Assembly: GCA_958427035.1 (NCBI GenBank)
Contig: CAUAAR010000006.1
Location: forward strand, 6,873 to 70,872
Direction of reading: 5' to 3'
Source of the DNA: an uncultured Collinsella sp.
GTDB taxonomy: Bacteria > Actinomycetota > Coriobacteriia > Coriobacteriales > Coriobacteriaceae
Length of the DNA: 64,000 nucleotides
Part shown: positions 1-10,251 of the stretch, in pieces
How positions within the stretch are numbered: position 1 is the first letter of the stretch
How the letters are laid out: each line of letters opens with the position of its first letter
Notes under the pieces: model-generated
The model's database searches: none
What the model was told of the DNA's origin: nothing
Seen by the model: the letters and a program-made list of their open reading frames with translations, nothing else
Program-made: the position numbers and the translations under genes

Positions 1-890
1 CGCTCGAGCAGACCCTTGTCCACAAACTTGTTGAGCATATTGAGCTCGTCGGGGCAGGTGGCCATAACGTCCTTAAGGACGTACTTGAGCATGGCCTCGG
101 CGTTGTCCATGTAGTCGTTGAGGTCGGCGAAGGCCATCTCGGGCTCGATCATCCAAAACTCGGCGGCGTGGCGCGTGGTGTTGGAGTTTTCGGCGCGGAA
201 GGTGGGGCCAAAGGTGTACACGTCGCCAAAGGCCATGGCAAAGTTCTCGGCATTGAGCTGGCCGGACACGGTGAGGCTTGCATGCTTGCCAAAGAAGTCC
301 TGGCTCCAGTCGACCTCGCCGGACTCGGTGAGGGGCGGATTTTTGGGGTCGAGCGTGGTCACGCGGAACATCTCGCCGGCGCCCTCGCAGTCACTCGTGG
401 TGATGATGGGGGTGTTGACGTAGACAAAGCCCTGCTCCTGGAAGAAGCGGTGGATGGCGGCAGCCGCGACAGAGCGGATGCGGAACACGGCGCGGAACAG
501 GTTGGTGCGCGGGCGCAGGTGCTGCTGGGTGCGCAGGAACTCGACGGTTGCGCGCTTCTTCTGCAGCGGGTAATCCGGGGCGCTCGTGCCCTCGACCTCG
601 ATGGAGGTGGCAGAAAGCTCGAAAGGCTGGGGCGCATCGGGGGTCAGCTTGACGGTGCCGGTGCAAATGAGTGCGGCCGAGACGTTTTGATGGGCGATCT
701 CGTCGTAGTTGTCGAGTGCCTCGCGGTTCATGACGACCTGCAGGTCGCGGAAGCAGCTGCCGTCGTTGAGCGTAACAAAGCCAAAGTTCTTCATGTCGCG
801 GACGGACTTGACCCAGCCGGCGACGGTGACGGTCTGGCCGCCGAGCGACTCGGCATCGGCATAGAGCTGCGCGATTTTGGTGCGGTTCAC
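1..890 (-). CDS. asnS: asparagine--tRNA ligase, 5' part (runs off the window start)
   Basis: Manual translation from GTG at 890 (GGAGG RBS): [47 protein letters not shown] (class II aaRS motif 2). Not in the ORF track because it is open-ended. Confidence 0.93.
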   Translation of the reverse strand, partial: MNRTKIAQLYADAESLGGQTVTVAGWVKSVRDMKNFGFVTLNDGSCFRDLQVVMNREALDNYDEIAHQNVSAALICTGTVKLTPDAPQPFELSATSIEVEGTSAPDYPLQKKRATVEFLRTQQHLRPRTNLFRAVFRIRSVAAAAIHRFFQEQGFVYVNTPIITTSDCEGAGEMFRVTTLDPKNPPLTESGEVDWSQDFFGKHASLTVSGQLNAENFAMAFGDVYTFGPTFRAENSNTTRHAAEFWMIEPEMAFADLNDYMDNAEAMLKYVLKDVMATCPDELNMLNKFVDKGLLE

Positions 891-1071
891 GTATCCTCCC
901 ATAACGGTTGAATGATAGTTATCCATACAGTTCGATATTCTAGCAGCTCGGCTCATTTGAGCTATACAGATAAAGCATTGGCGGGATGGTTTTTCAAACG
1001 AAAAGCGCCCGCGGCCAAATGGTCGCGGGCGCTTGACGAGGTGCCTTTTGGCTGTGTGGCGTGGGGCCTGG

Positions 1072-1635
1072 CTACTTGGTCTTGGCAACCAGCAGCGGGT
1101 CGCCAAGCTTGACGAGCGGGTTGCCGCCGATAAGCGTTCCAGACTCGCCGACATGGTCGATGCTCTTAAGACGATCGAGCTCGGAGACGATGACGGTCAC
1201 GATGTCCTCGTGACCAGCGGCCTTAATGGCCTCGCGGTCGAAGCTGATGAGCGGCTGGCCTGCCTTGACCACATCGCCCATCTCGACAAAGCGGGCAAAA
1301 CCCTTGCCGTTCATTTCCACGGTGCCCAGGCCAACATGGATGAACACGCGCAGGCCGTCCTCGGTGATCATGCCGATGGAGTGGTTGGTGACAGTGGTGG
1401 CACCGATGCGGCCGTTGGCGGGCGCATAGATGGTGCCGGTAATGGGCTCGATGCCATAGCCCTGGCCAAGCATGCCCGAGGCGATCGTCTCGTCGGGAAC
1501 CTCGTCCAGGTTGACGAGCACGCCGTTGACGGGGGCATAGATGACGCCTTCGCGGGTAGCGAAGCTTGCTGCGGGCGGAACGGACGCCTCGCCGGTCGAG
1601 GTGAAGGTGGACTTAAGCGAATCGAGCAGACCCAT
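1072..1635 (-). CDS. PTS glucose-family EIIA component
   Basis: [19 protein letters not shown] and [16 protein letters not shown] motifs; ATG at 1635 with GGAGG RBS. Confidence 0.88.
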   Translation of the reverse strand: MGLLDSLKSTFTSTGEASVPPAASFATREGVIYAPVNGVLVNLDEVPDETIASGMLGQGYGIEPITGTIYAPANGRIGATTVTNHSIGMITEDGLRVFIHVGLGTVEMNGKGFARFVEMGDVVKAGQPLISFDREAIKAAGHEDIVTVIVSELDRLKSIDHVGESGTLIGGNPLVKLGDPLLVAKTK

Positions 1636-1878
1636 AGTTGCCTCCAACTTAAATAGGCGCATATCGCGCGTTTGGTTTGCCGGAAACGTTTCACATGTGT
1701 TTCGCGGCTTGGTCAACGCCCCTATTCTACGCTGCTCAACGATACCTCTGAACTGGGATTATGTGATATATCAGTTGAAGGGAAACTTATTGCCGGAGTG
1801 TTTCTGTGCCACGGGTTCAAGTGGGGTACGCTTGAAGGCGAAAAACAAGGGCGCATAATTTGCGCGAAGGGAGCACAT

Positions 1879-2778
1879 ATGATTGTCGAGAACCATGCGC
1901 TGTGGGGCGAGGAGCCGACCGAGGAATATCCGGCGACGTTTACGTATTTGGGTGCCGAGCCGCTGCCCGATAAACCGAATGGCCGCCGCCCTGCCGTGAT
2001 TATCTGTGGCGGAGGTGCGTTTACGCATATCGCTCCGCATGAGCAGGATCCTGTGGCGTTTGCGTTTTTGGATCACGGTTACCAGGCCTTTGTGCTCAAC
2101 TATGTCACGAGTTCTACGGGTGACGTGAGCTTTCCGCACCCCCAGGCAGATCTTGCCAAGATGGTCGCCACGGTGCGCGCCAACGCCGACGAGTGGCATG
2201 TCGATCCTAAGCGCGTGTGCGTCGTGGGATTCTCGGCGGGCGGCATGATCTGCGCCTCGCTGGCAACGCAGTGGAAGACCGGCCCCTTCGCGGCACTTGC
2301 CGGGGCACGTCCGGACGACATTCGTCCCGATGCCGTGGTGCTGGGTTATCCATTGCTCGACTTTGCCTATGTGCGCGACATGCAGACGCGCGATCCGCGC
2401 ATTGACTTGCGTGTGCCCAAGACGGGCGGCAAGACGGGGCGCGATCTGCTCAACGACTACCTGTCGATGGTGACGGGCGGCGAGGCAACTGACGAGCATC
2501 TGGCCGACATCTGCCCCACCACGCATGTTTCGCGTCAGATGCCACCGACCTTTGTGTGGGGCGTGTCCGACGACAAGACGGCGCCGATCGCGCAGGTCTA
2601 TCCGTTTGCCCAACGCATGGCGGAGGAGGGCGTCGCTTGCGAGATGCACGTCTTTGACCAGGGCGGTCACGGCCTTTCGCTCGGCAACGCCAACACCGCG
2701 GTCGACAACGAGGACAAGCAGGTTTCCGTCCGTCCCTGGATCCGCCTGGCCTTCCGCTTCCTCGAGCGCCATCTGTAA
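1879..2778 (+). CDS. alpha/beta hydrolase (esterase-like)
   Basis: GGGA oxyanion motif, GFSAGG nucleophile, GGHGL catalytic His; ATG at 1879 after GGAG. Confidence 0.88.
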   Translation: MIVENHALWGEEPTEEYPATFTYLGAEPLPDKPNGRRPAVIICGGGAFTHIAPHEQDPVAFAFLDHGYQAFVLNYVTSSTGDVSFPHPQADLAKMVATVRANADEWHVDPKRVCVVGFSAGGMICASLATQWKTGPFAALAGARPDDIRPDAVVLGYPLLDFAYVRDMQTRDPRIDLRVPKTGGKTGRDLLNDYLSMVTGGEATDEHLADICPTTHVSRQMPPTFVWGVSDDKTAPIAQVYPFAQRMAEEGVACEMHVFDQGGHGLSLGNANTAVDNEDKQVSVRPWIRLAFRFLERHL

Positions 2779-2807
2779 GAGTCCCGGCATCCAAGCCCTT
2801 CAATAAC

Positions 2808-2870
2808 TTGCGGTGAAATAGTTCCTATCTGGGGCATCAACCAGCCCATCCAGGAACTATTCCACCGCAA
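2808..2870. repeat. palindromic REP-like unit, copy 1 (TTGCGGTGAAATAGTTCCT..AGGAACTATTCCACCGCAA)
   Basis: 19-bp arms; same arms recur at 8169-8235. Confidence 0.8.
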
Positions 2871-2892
2871 CTTCGTTTTTGATGCCCCGTCC

Positions 2893-2968
2893 GGAAACTG
2901 CGCCCCAGTTTTGCCTTTCAAGGTGGGACGCAGTTTCCCATAGGGCCTCGACTGGGAAAGCGCGTCCC
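2893..2968. repeat. palindromic unit array left of the IS (GGGACGCAGTTTCCCA..TGGGAAAGCGCGTCCC)
   Basis: Half unit at 2893-2906, full unit at 2924-2968; related unit at 4273-4317. Confidence 0.65.
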
Positions 2969-2977
2969 GTTTCGAGC

Positions 2978-4265
2978 GGGGGACTGCGGACAAAAAGTTG
3001 GACCGTTGAGGTCCGGAACGGAGTCCGCATGGCATACAGTAGGAGAATGGTGGAGAGGGCCAGGGCGCTTCGCGGCGCCGGGCTCACCGTCATGGAGATA
3101 ACCGAGATACTCGGCGGGCCCGGCAAGACGTCCGTCTGGCGCTGGATCAGGGACGTGCGCAAGCCCGCGGGAAGGGCCGGTGGAGGAATGGACCTGCCGC
3201 GACTCGTCGGGGACGGCCCCGACTACCCCGACATCGACCCGGAGGACAAGGACGCCCTGATCGAGCGGCTCAGGCTCGAGAACGCGGTGCTGAGGACGGT
3301 GCAGGACGTTTTAAAAGCCGAGAGCCTCGACGGGATGTCGAACAGGGAGAAGACCCTGGTGATAGACCGCCTGAGGCCTGCGGGGAAGTGGTCCTTGAGA
3401 GAACTCACCGGCTTCTTGAGGATATCGAGGAGCTCCTATGACTACCAGCGCCGCGCGATCGCCAGGCCGGACCGCCTGGCGCCGCTGAGGGACGTCGTGC
3501 GGCGGGTGTTCCTGGAGGACGGCGACGGCGCGCGCGGCTACCGGTTCGTGGTGCGCAGGCTCCGCGAGCTCGACGACCCCGTGCGCGTCTCCGAGAAGGT
3601 CGTCCGGCGCATCATGCGCGAGGAGGGGCTCGTCCCGAGGTGGATGAGGAGGAGGGCCGGCGCCTACAGCTCCTACGGCGGCGAGGTGACCCCCGCCCCG
3701 TCGAACCTCGTGCGCCGCGACTTCCGCTCGGCCCTGCCGAACTTCCTGTGGCTCACCGACATAACCGAGTTCAGGCTGCCGACGGGCCGCAAGGTGTACC
3801 TGTCCGCCATCAGGGACTGCTTCGACTCCTCGGTCGTCGCCTGGCGGGCGGGCGAGCACCCGGACGCCGACCTCGCGAACTCGACGCTGTCGGACGCGTG
3901 CTCCCGGCTGGCGCCCGGTGAGCGCCCCGTGATCCACTCCGACCGCGGCGCGCACTACCGCTGGCCGGGCTGGATATCGATATGCGAGCGGAACGGCCTG
4001 GTCAGGAGCATGTCGGCCAAGGGCTGCAGCCCAGACAACGCCGCGATGGAGGGCTTCTTCGGCCTGCTCAAGAAGGAGTTCTTCCACGGGAGGGACTGGT
4101 CCGGCTGGTCGCCCGGGGAGTTCATCGAGGCCCTCGGCGCGTGGATAGGGCGCTTCAACTCCGAGCGGGCAAGCGACGCGCTCGGTGGCGCGACGCCGGA
4201 CGACTACCGGTCGTCGCTGGGGATGGCCGCGATTTAGCGGTCCAGGAAATCGTCCGCAGTCCCCC
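2978..4265 (+). mobile_element. IS3-family insertion sequence, apparently intact
   Basis: Terminal inverted repeats GGGGGACTGCGGACaaaaagtTGGACCG and (reverse complement) GGGGGACTGCGGACgatttccTGGACCG enclosing a DDE transposase. Confidence 0.9.
3029..4237 (+). CDS. IS3-family transposase (HTH and DDE core in one ORF)
   Basis: WLTDITEF, IHSDRGAHY, DNAAMEGFFG (D, D, E); N-terminal HTH-like segment. Confidence 0.93.
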   Translation: MAYSRRMVERARALRGAGLTVMEITEILGGPGKTSVWRWIRDVRKPAGRAGGGMDLPRLVGDGPDYPDIDPEDKDALIERLRLENAVLRTVQDVLKAESLDGMSNREKTLVIDRLRPAGKWSLRELTGFLRISRSSYDYQRRAIARPDRLAPLRDVVRRVFLEDGDGARGYRFVVRRLRELDDPVRVSEKVVRRIMREEGLVPRWMRRRAGAYSSYGGEVTPAPSNLVRRDFRSALPNFLWLTDITEFRLPTGRKVYLSAIRDCFDSSVVAWRAGEHPDADLANSTLSDACSRLAPGERPVIHSDRGAHYRWPGWISICERNGLVRSMSAKGCSPDNAAMEGFFGLLKKEFFHGRDWSGWSPGEFIEALGAWIGRFNSERASDALGGATPDDYRSSLGMAAI

Positions 4266-4272
4266 GGAATTC

Positions 4273-4317
4273 TGGGATGTAGTTTCCCCGAGAGGCCTCA
4301 TCGGGAAACTATGGCCC
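4273..4317. repeat. palindromic unit right of the IS
   Basis: TGGGATGTAGTTTCCC..GGGAAACTATGGCCC, homologous to 2924-2968. Confidence 0.65.
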
Positions 4318-4400
4318 TGAACTCTCCTGCCTGTCCCCATTGCGCCAATTTGCTGATTGAACATCGTTGTGTGTTCGCGCTATCATGCATGGTTAAATTG

Positions 4401-4433
4401 GTTAGCCGTGGCAAACGGTTAGCCAAGGTGAAC
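4401..4433. promoter_or_regulatory. two tandem near-palindromes, candidate metal-repressor (DtxR/MntR-like) operator
   Basis: GTTAGCCGTGGCAAAC and GTTAGCCAAGGTGAAC directly upstream of feoAB. Confidence 0.5.
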
Positions 4434-4475
4434 ATAAATGCAACGCCCTGTGGGCGCCGGGGGAGGAACACGGAC

Positions 4476-6836
4476 GTGAAGCTCGATACGCTCGAGATTG
4501 GAAAGGACGCCGTTGTCGCATCGGTGGCATCGGACGATCAGGCACTCCGACAGCATATTTTGGACATGGGTCTAACGCCGGGCACCGAAGTCACCATGAT
4601 GAAGTACGCCCCCATGGGCGACCCGCTCGAGATCCGCCTGCGTGGCTACGAGCTGACACTGCGCAAGGACGATGCCGCTCGCATCGAGCTCGTGGGTATT
4701 CACGACACCGATACGGGTCCGCGCGCTAACGCCGCAATCGGCACGACGGAGCATCCGGCCCTGGGCGAGGGGACGTATTCGCCCCGTGCGGCAAAGACGG
4801 CCGTGCCCGAGGGCGCGCCGCTGCACTTTGCCCTCGCCGGCAACCAAAACTGCGGCAAGACCACGTTATTCAACCAACTGACGGGCTCCAACCAGCATGT
4901 CGGTAACTTTCCCGGCGTGACGGTCGACCGCAAAGATGGCACCATCCGCAACCATCCCGAGGCGAGCGTTACCGACCTGCCTGGCATTTACTCCCTGTCG
5001 CCGTACGCAGGCGAAGAGGTCGTGAGTCGTCAGTTCATCCTCGACGAGCGCCCGGATGCCATCATCGACATCATTGACGCCACCAACATCGAGCGTAACC
5101 TGTACCTGACACTGCAGCTCATGGAGCTCGACCGTCCTATGGTCATTGCGCTCAACATGATGGACGAGGTGACCGCCAACGGCGGCGCCGTGGACGTCAA
5201 CCTGCTCGAGAGCCTGTTGGGCGTGCCCGTTGTTCCCATTAGCGCTGCCCGCAACGAGGGTATCGGCGAGTTGGTGGATCATGCCTTGCACGTGGCGCGG
5301 TTCCGCGAGCGCCCCGGTCGCCTGGACTTTTGCGCGCCCGACGGTCCGGACGGCGGTGCGCTGCATCGCTGCATCCACGGTATTGCTAACCTGATCGAGG
5401 ACCATGCCGTGACGGCGCACATCCCGGTGCGCTTTGCGGCGACCAAGCTGGTCGAGGGCGATGAGCTGGTAACCGAGGCGCTTCACCTGGATCGCAATGA
5501 GCTCGACGCTATCGAGCACATCATTACCCAGATGGAGGGCGAGGCCGGCACCGACCGCCTATCTGCGCTGGCCGATATGCGTTTTAGCTTTATCGGCGAC
5601 GTGTGCGGGCGCTGCGTCGTCAAGCCACACGAAAGCCGCGAGCACGTGCGCTCCGTCAAGATTGACCGCATCCTAACAGGTCGTTACACAGCCATTCCGG
5701 CGTTTCTGGTGATCATGGGCCTCGTCTTTTGGCTGACGTTTGGCGTGATCGGCGCGGCGTTGCAGGGACTTATGGAGGACGGCATCGCTGCTATCATCGC
5801 TTCGGCCGATGCAGGCCTCAAGGCGTTCGGCACCAACGACGTGGTGCGCTCGCTGGCTGTCGACGGCGTGCTTACGGGCGTGGGCAGTGTGCTGACCTTC
5901 CTGCCGATTATCGTCGTGCTCTTCTTGTTCCTCTCCATTCTGGAAGACTCCGGCTACATGGCACGCGTAGCCTTTGTCATGGATAAGGTGTTACGTCGCT
6001 TTGGCCTGTCGGGCCGCAGCTTCGTGCCCATGCTCGTCGGTTTTGGCTGCACCGTGCCGGCTATCATGTCGACCCGTACGCTCCCATCCGAGCACGACCG
6101 CAAGATGACGGTCATGCTCACGCCGTTTATGAGCTGCTCAGCCAAGTTGCCGGTTTACGGCTTGCTGTGCGGGGCGTTTTTCCCGCAGGCGACGGTTCCC
6201 GCCATGGTCTCACTCTATCTGATCGGTATCGTGGTCGGCTGCATCGCGGCTTTGGTGCTCAACCGCACGGCATTTAAGGGCGACCCGGTGCCGTTTATCA
6301 TGGAGCTCCCCAATTACCGCCTGCCGAGCGTCAAGACGACGGTGATGCTGGCATGGGATAAGGCCAAGGACTTCATCACCAAGGCCTTTACCATCATCTT
6401 TGCCGCGACCGTGGTCATCTGGTTCCTTCAGACGTTCGACATCCGCTTTAACGTGGTCGCCGACCAGTCGCAAAGCCTGCTTGCCGGTCTGGGTAGCATC
6501 ATCGCGCCGGTGTTGGCCCCGCTCGGCTTTGGCGACTGGCGCGCCTCGACGGCGCTCGTCACGGGGCTCATTGCCAAGGAGAGTGTCATCTCGACCCTCA
6601 CCGTGCTTTTGGGCGCGACCTCGCCCGCGGCACTGTCGACCATGTTTTCGCCGTTTACCGCTTACGTGTTCCTGGTCTTTACGTTGCTGTACCCGCCCTG
6701 CGTGGCGGCCATCGGCGCCGTCAGGAGCGAGTTGGGCGCACGCTATGCCGTTGCCGTGTTCGCGTTTCAAGTGACGGTCGCCTGGATCGTGGCGTTTGTC
6801 GTGCATTCGGCGGGCATATTACTGGGGTTGGCTTAG
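4476..6836 (+). CDS. feoB: ferrous iron transporter, FeoA-FeoB fusion
   Basis: N-terminal FeoA (LDMGLTPGT..APMGDPLEI), GTPase motifs GNQNCGKT, GNFPGVT, DLPG, then membrane gate domains; GTG at 4476 after GGAGG. Confidence 0.93.
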   Translation: MKLDTLEIGKDAVVASVASDDQALRQHILDMGLTPGTEVTMMKYAPMGDPLEIRLRGYELTLRKDDAARIELVGIHDTDTGPRANAAIGTTEHPALGEGTYSPRAAKTAVPEGAPLHFALAGNQNCGKTTLFNQLTGSNQHVGNFPGVTVDRKDGTIRNHPEASVTDLPGIYSLSPYAGEEVVSRQFILDERPDAIIDIIDATNIERNLYLTLQLMELDRPMVIALNMMDEVTANGGAVDVNLLESLLGVPVVPISAARNEGIGELVDHALHVARFRERPGRLDFCAPDGPDGGALHRCIHGIANLIEDHAVTAHIPVRFAATKLVEGDELVTEALHLDRNELDAIEHIITQMEGEAGTDRLSALADMRFSFIGDVCGRCVVKPHESREHVRSVKIDRILTGRYTAIPAFLVIMGLVFWLTFGVIGAALQGLMEDGIAAIIASADAGLKAFGTNDVVRSLAVDGVLTGVGSVLTFLPIIVVLFLFLSILEDSGYMARVAFVMDKVLRRFGLSGRSFVPMLVGFGCTVPAIMSTRTLPSEHDRKMTVMLTPFMSCSAKLPVYGLLCGAFFPQATVPAMVSLYLIGIVVGCIAALVLNRTAFKGDPVPFIMELPNYRLPSVKTTVMLAWDKAKDFITKAFTIIFAATVVIWFLQTFDIRFNVVADQSQSLLAGLGSIIAPVLAPLGFGDWRASTALVTGLIAKESVISTLTVLLGATSPAALSTMFSPFTAYVFLVFTLLYPPCVAAIGAVRSELGARYAVAVFAFQVTVAWIVAFVVHSAGILLGLA

Positions 6837-6956
6837 TTATTTATTGACGGCGCAACCTCTGTGTATCGAATTGTTTCGGTCCCGTGTCCGTTACTGACGG
6901 ATGCGGGACCGTTGCTATATAATCGCCTCCGCTCAAAATGATTGGAGATGTTATAT

Positions 6957-8153
6957 ATGAGTCAGGCAAGGCAAGACGGCATCACGCTCAGGCAGTGGCT
7001 CCCACTCGTCGGGCTCACCTGCTGTGCGTTCGTGTTCAACACGTCGGAGTTTATGCCCATCGGCCTTTTGACTGATATCGCCGCGTCGTTCTCGCTCACC
7101 GAGGCCCAGGCGGGCATCATGATCTCGGTCTATGCCTGGGGCGTCATGCTGCTGTCGTTGCCGCTCATGGTGTTCGCTTCGCGTTTCGAGTTTAAGCGGA
7201 TGCTGCTGGGCGTGCTTGCCGTGTTCTCGCTCGGTCAGTTCCTGTCCGCTGTGGCGCCGACCTATCCCATCCTGGTCTGCGCGCGCCTGGTGGTCGCTTG
7301 CGCACATGCCGTGTTCTGGTCAGTCGCCTCGATTATGGCCTCGCGCCTGGTCGACACTCGCCACGGCGCGCTCGCCATCAGCATGATCGCTACGGGCTCG
7401 TCCATCGCGCAGATCTTTGGCCTGCCTCTCGGTCGCGCCATTGGCTTGGCCGTGGGCTGGCGCATGACGTTTGCCGTGGTCGGGGGCCTCTCAGCCATCG
7501 CGGCCGTCTACCAGGCAGCGGTGTTCCCGGCCATGCCGGCGGGTGAGCGCTTTACCGTCAGACAGCTGCCCGAGCTGCTCAAGAACCCGCTCCTCATCGC
7601 GCTCTACGCAGTCACGGTCTTCATGGCGACCGGCTATTACGCAAGCTACAGCTATATCGAGCCTTTCCTGGCTCAGGTCGCCCATGTCGACGCAAGCGCT
7701 ATCACCATGACGCTGACGGCGTTCGGCTGCTCCGGTCTGCTCGGAAGCTGGCTGTTCGGCCGCCTGTTCGATGGGCATCGCTTCCCGTTCTTGGCTATCA
7801 CGCTCTCCGGCGTGCCGGTGGCCCTGCTGCTCATGGGGCCGGCCGCATCGTCGCTCGTGACAGTGCTTGCCGTCTGCGCACTGTGGGGTTGCTGCGCCAC
7901 GGCCTTTAACGTGGCGTTTCAGGCCGAGCTCATCAAGCACACGCCGGCAGATTCGTCGGCCGTCGCCATGTCGATCTTCTCGGGCCTGTTCAACCTCGGT
8001 ATCGGCACGGGTACCGCGATCGGCGGAGCCGTGGTTTCGGGTCCCGGTATCGCCTGGATCGGCTTTGTGGGCGGGGCGATTGCCGTCGTGGGCGTCATCC
8101 TCGCCATCACCGTGCTGTTTCCGGCCATCCGCCGCGCCAAGCCCGTCGCCTAA
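6957..8153 (+). CDS. MFS transporter (SotB/AraJ-like efflux type)
   Basis: FNTSEFMPIGLL motif; about 12 hydrophobic segments. Confidence 0.85.
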   Translation: MSQARQDGITLRQWLPLVGLTCCAFVFNTSEFMPIGLLTDIAASFSLTEAQAGIMISVYAWGVMLLSLPLMVFASRFEFKRMLLGVLAVFSLGQFLSAVAPTYPILVCARLVVACAHAVFWSVASIMASRLVDTRHGALAISMIATGSSIAQIFGLPLGRAIGLAVGWRMTFAVVGGLSAIAAVYQAAVFPAMPAGERFTVRQLPELLKNPLLIALYAVTVFMATGYYASYSYIEPFLAQVAHVDASAITMTLTAFGCSGLLGSWLFGRLFDGHRFPFLAITLSGVPVALLLMGPAASSLVTVLAVCALWGCCATAFNVAFQAELIKHTPADSSAVAMSIFSGLFNLGIGTGTAIGGAVVSGPGIAWIGFVGGAIAVVGVILAITVLFPAIRRAKPVA

Positions 8154-8168
8154 TCACGTCCCCTCATC

Positions 8169-8235
8169 AGTTGCGGTGGAATAGTTCCTGTTTAAGGCCT
8201 CTGAAGGCCCAGGCAGGAACTATTCCACCGCAACT
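8169..8235. repeat. palindromic REP-like unit, copy 2
   Basis: Perfect 22-bp arms AGTTGCGGTGGAATAGTTCCTG / CAGGAACTATTCCACCGCAACT with 23-nt loop. Confidence 0.85.
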
Positions 8236-8306
8236 TATTTTGGGGGAGAGGATACAAGCTGGGCATACAATGGATGTCGTTGTGTTGAGCTTACCAGGAG
8301 GTTGCT

Positions 8307-9683
8307 ATGTGGGGATACGAGACGACGTTCTATCAGATCTATCCGCTGGGCTTTTGTGGAGCCCCGCGCGAAAACGCCGCGCCCGTTGCCGAGGATGAGC
8401 TCGCTCAGGCTGCCAACGCCGTGCCCAACCCCAATGCGCCCATCATGAAGATCGCCCAATGGGCCGACTACCTGCAAAAACTCGGTATTGGCGCCGTGCT
8501 CATCAACCCGCCGCTCGAGTCTGATAGTCACGGCTACGATACGCGCAGTCTGCGCCATATCGACCGCCGCCTGGGTGGGGATGCCGACTTTGCCGCCGTA
8601 TGCGACACGCTGCATGCCCATGGCATCCGCGTGGTGCTCGATGCTGTCTTCAACCACGTCGGCCGCGGCTTTTGGGCCTTCCGCGATGTTCAGGAGCGCA
8701 AGCGGGACTCGCCGTACAAGGACTGGTTCCATATCAGCTTTGACGGTGACTCGTGCTATGGCGACGGCTTTTGGTATGAGGGTTGGGAAGGCCATTTTGA
8801 GCTCGTGAAGCTCAACTTGCAAAACCCTGCCGTGGTCGATTACCTGCTCGAGTCCGTGCGCCGCTGGGCCGAGGTCTTTGGCGTCGACGGCCTGCGTCTG
8901 GACGTCGCCTATATGCTCGACCGCGACTTTATGCGCCGCCTACATGCCTTTACCCGTGAGCTCAAGCCCGACTTCGTGCTGATCGGCGAGACGCTCCACG
9001 GCGACTACAACCAGATCGTCAACGACGAGATGCTCGACTCCTGCACCAACTACGAGTGCTACAAGGGCCTGTACTCCAGCTTTAACTCGGTCAATATGTT
9101 CGAGATCGCGCACTCGCTGCACCGTCAGTTTGGCGGCGACCCCTGGTGCATCTACCGCGGCAAGCACCTGCTGTCGTTTGTCGACAACCACGACGTGCCG
9201 CGCCTGGCAAGTATCCTTACCGACAAGTCCTGCCTGCGCCCCGCTTATGGCATGCTGTTTGGCATGCCGGGCATCCCGTGCGTCTACTACGGCAGCGAGT
9301 GGGGAATTGCTGGCGAAAAGGGCGGCCCCGATGGCGACTGGGCGCTGCGCCCTGCGCTCGATGAGCCTGCGCCCAACGAGCTGACGGCGTTCATCACGCA
9401 GCTGGCGCACCTTCGCTCGGCCGACGACGCGGCGGCCCGTGCTCTCAACTACGGTGCCTATCGCAACGTGGTGATCCAGAACAAGCAGCTGCTGTTCGAG
9501 CGCGCCTGCGACGACGCGACGGTGCTCGTGGCGGTCAATGCCGTGAACGAGCCCTATACCTTTGGAGCCGGCGAACTCAACGGCTCCTTTGTCGATCTGC
9601 TTGCCGATGATGCGCCCACGGTCGGGCTGACGGGTACCCTTGAGCTTGCACCCTACGAGGTGCGCTATCTGTTGAGGGCCTAG
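8307..9683 (+). CDS. GH13 alpha-amylase-family glycosidase (neopullulanase/maltodextrin glucosidase-like)
   Basis: DAVFNH, GLRLDVA, GETLHG and FVDNHD conserved regions. Confidence 0.92.
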   Translation: MWGYETTFYQIYPLGFCGAPRENAAPVAEDELAQAANAVPNPNAPIMKIAQWADYLQKLGIGAVLINPPLESDSHGYDTRSLRHIDRRLGGDADFAAVCDTLHAHGIRVVLDAVFNHVGRGFWAFRDVQERKRDSPYKDWFHISFDGDSCYGDGFWYEGWEGHFELVKLNLQNPAVVDYLLESVRRWAEVFGVDGLRLDVAYMLDRDFMRRLHAFTRELKPDFVLIGETLHGDYNQIVNDEMLDSCTNYECYKGLYSSFNSVNMFEIAHSLHRQFGGDPWCIYRGKHLLSFVDNHDVPRLASILTDKSCLRPAYGMLFGMPGIPCVYYGSEWGIAGEKGGPDGDWALRPALDEPAPNELTAFITQLAHLRSADDAAARALNYGAYRNVVIQNKQLLFERACDDATVLVAVNAVNEPYTFGAGELNGSFVDLLADDAPTVGLTGTLELAPYEVRYLLRA

Positions 9684-9686
9684 GCC

Positions 9687-10250
9687 ATGGCTGCGTCCGA
9701 CGAGGGCTATCAACATATTGAGCATGGGTTTGAACCCGTGTTCGACGAGCGCTCGCGCGTTTTGGTGTTGGGCTCGTTTCCCTCGGTGCTCTCGCGTGCC
9801 AATGCCTTCTACTACGGCAATCCGCAGAACCGCTTTTGGCGCGTGATAGCCGCGTGCCTCGGCGTGCCTGTGCCGCCCAACGAGGGCGATCTTTTGGCAA
9901 GCGGTGAGCCCGCGACGCTCGATGCCTCCATTGCCGCCAAGCGGGCCATGCTGCTGAACGGCGGCGTGGCCCTGTGGGATGTGATCGAGAGCTGCGACAT
10001 TAAGGGCTCGAGCGACGCGAGCATTCGTAATGTTGTGCCGGCACATATCGAGTGCATTACCGACGCAGCTCCCATTGAGCAGGTGATATGCAACGGTGGT
10101 ACGGCTGGCCGGCTCTACAAGCGCTATCTACAAGAACGCACCGGGCTGCCCGCCATCGTCCTGCCCTCGACAAGTCCTGCCAATGCGGCTTGGCGTCTGG
10201 AGTGCCTTGTCGAGCGCTGGCGCGAGGCAGTTGACTGGGCTGCTCTCTAA
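9687..10250 (+). CDS. UDG-superfamily DNA glycosylase (deoxyinosine/hypoxanthine glycosylase-like)
   Basis: LGSFPS..FYYGNPQNRFW..LPSTSPAN. Confidence 0.88.
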   Translation: MAASDEGYQHIEHGFEPVFDERSRVLVLGSFPSVLSRANAFYYGNPQNRFWRVIAACLGVPVPPNEGDLLASGEPATLDASIAAKRAMLLNGGVALWDVIESCDIKGSSDASIRNVVPAHIECITDAAPIEQVICNGGTAGRLYKRYLQERTGLPAIVLPSTSPANAAWRLECLVERWREAVDWAAL

Positions 10251-10251
10251 T

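Noticed and set aside
168..911. 247-aa plus-strand ORF
   Set aside because: Antisense to asnS, the real gene
4185..4475. N-terminal extension of feoB given by the ORF track
   Set aside because: Runs through the IS end, repeats and operator; an RBS supports GTG at 4476
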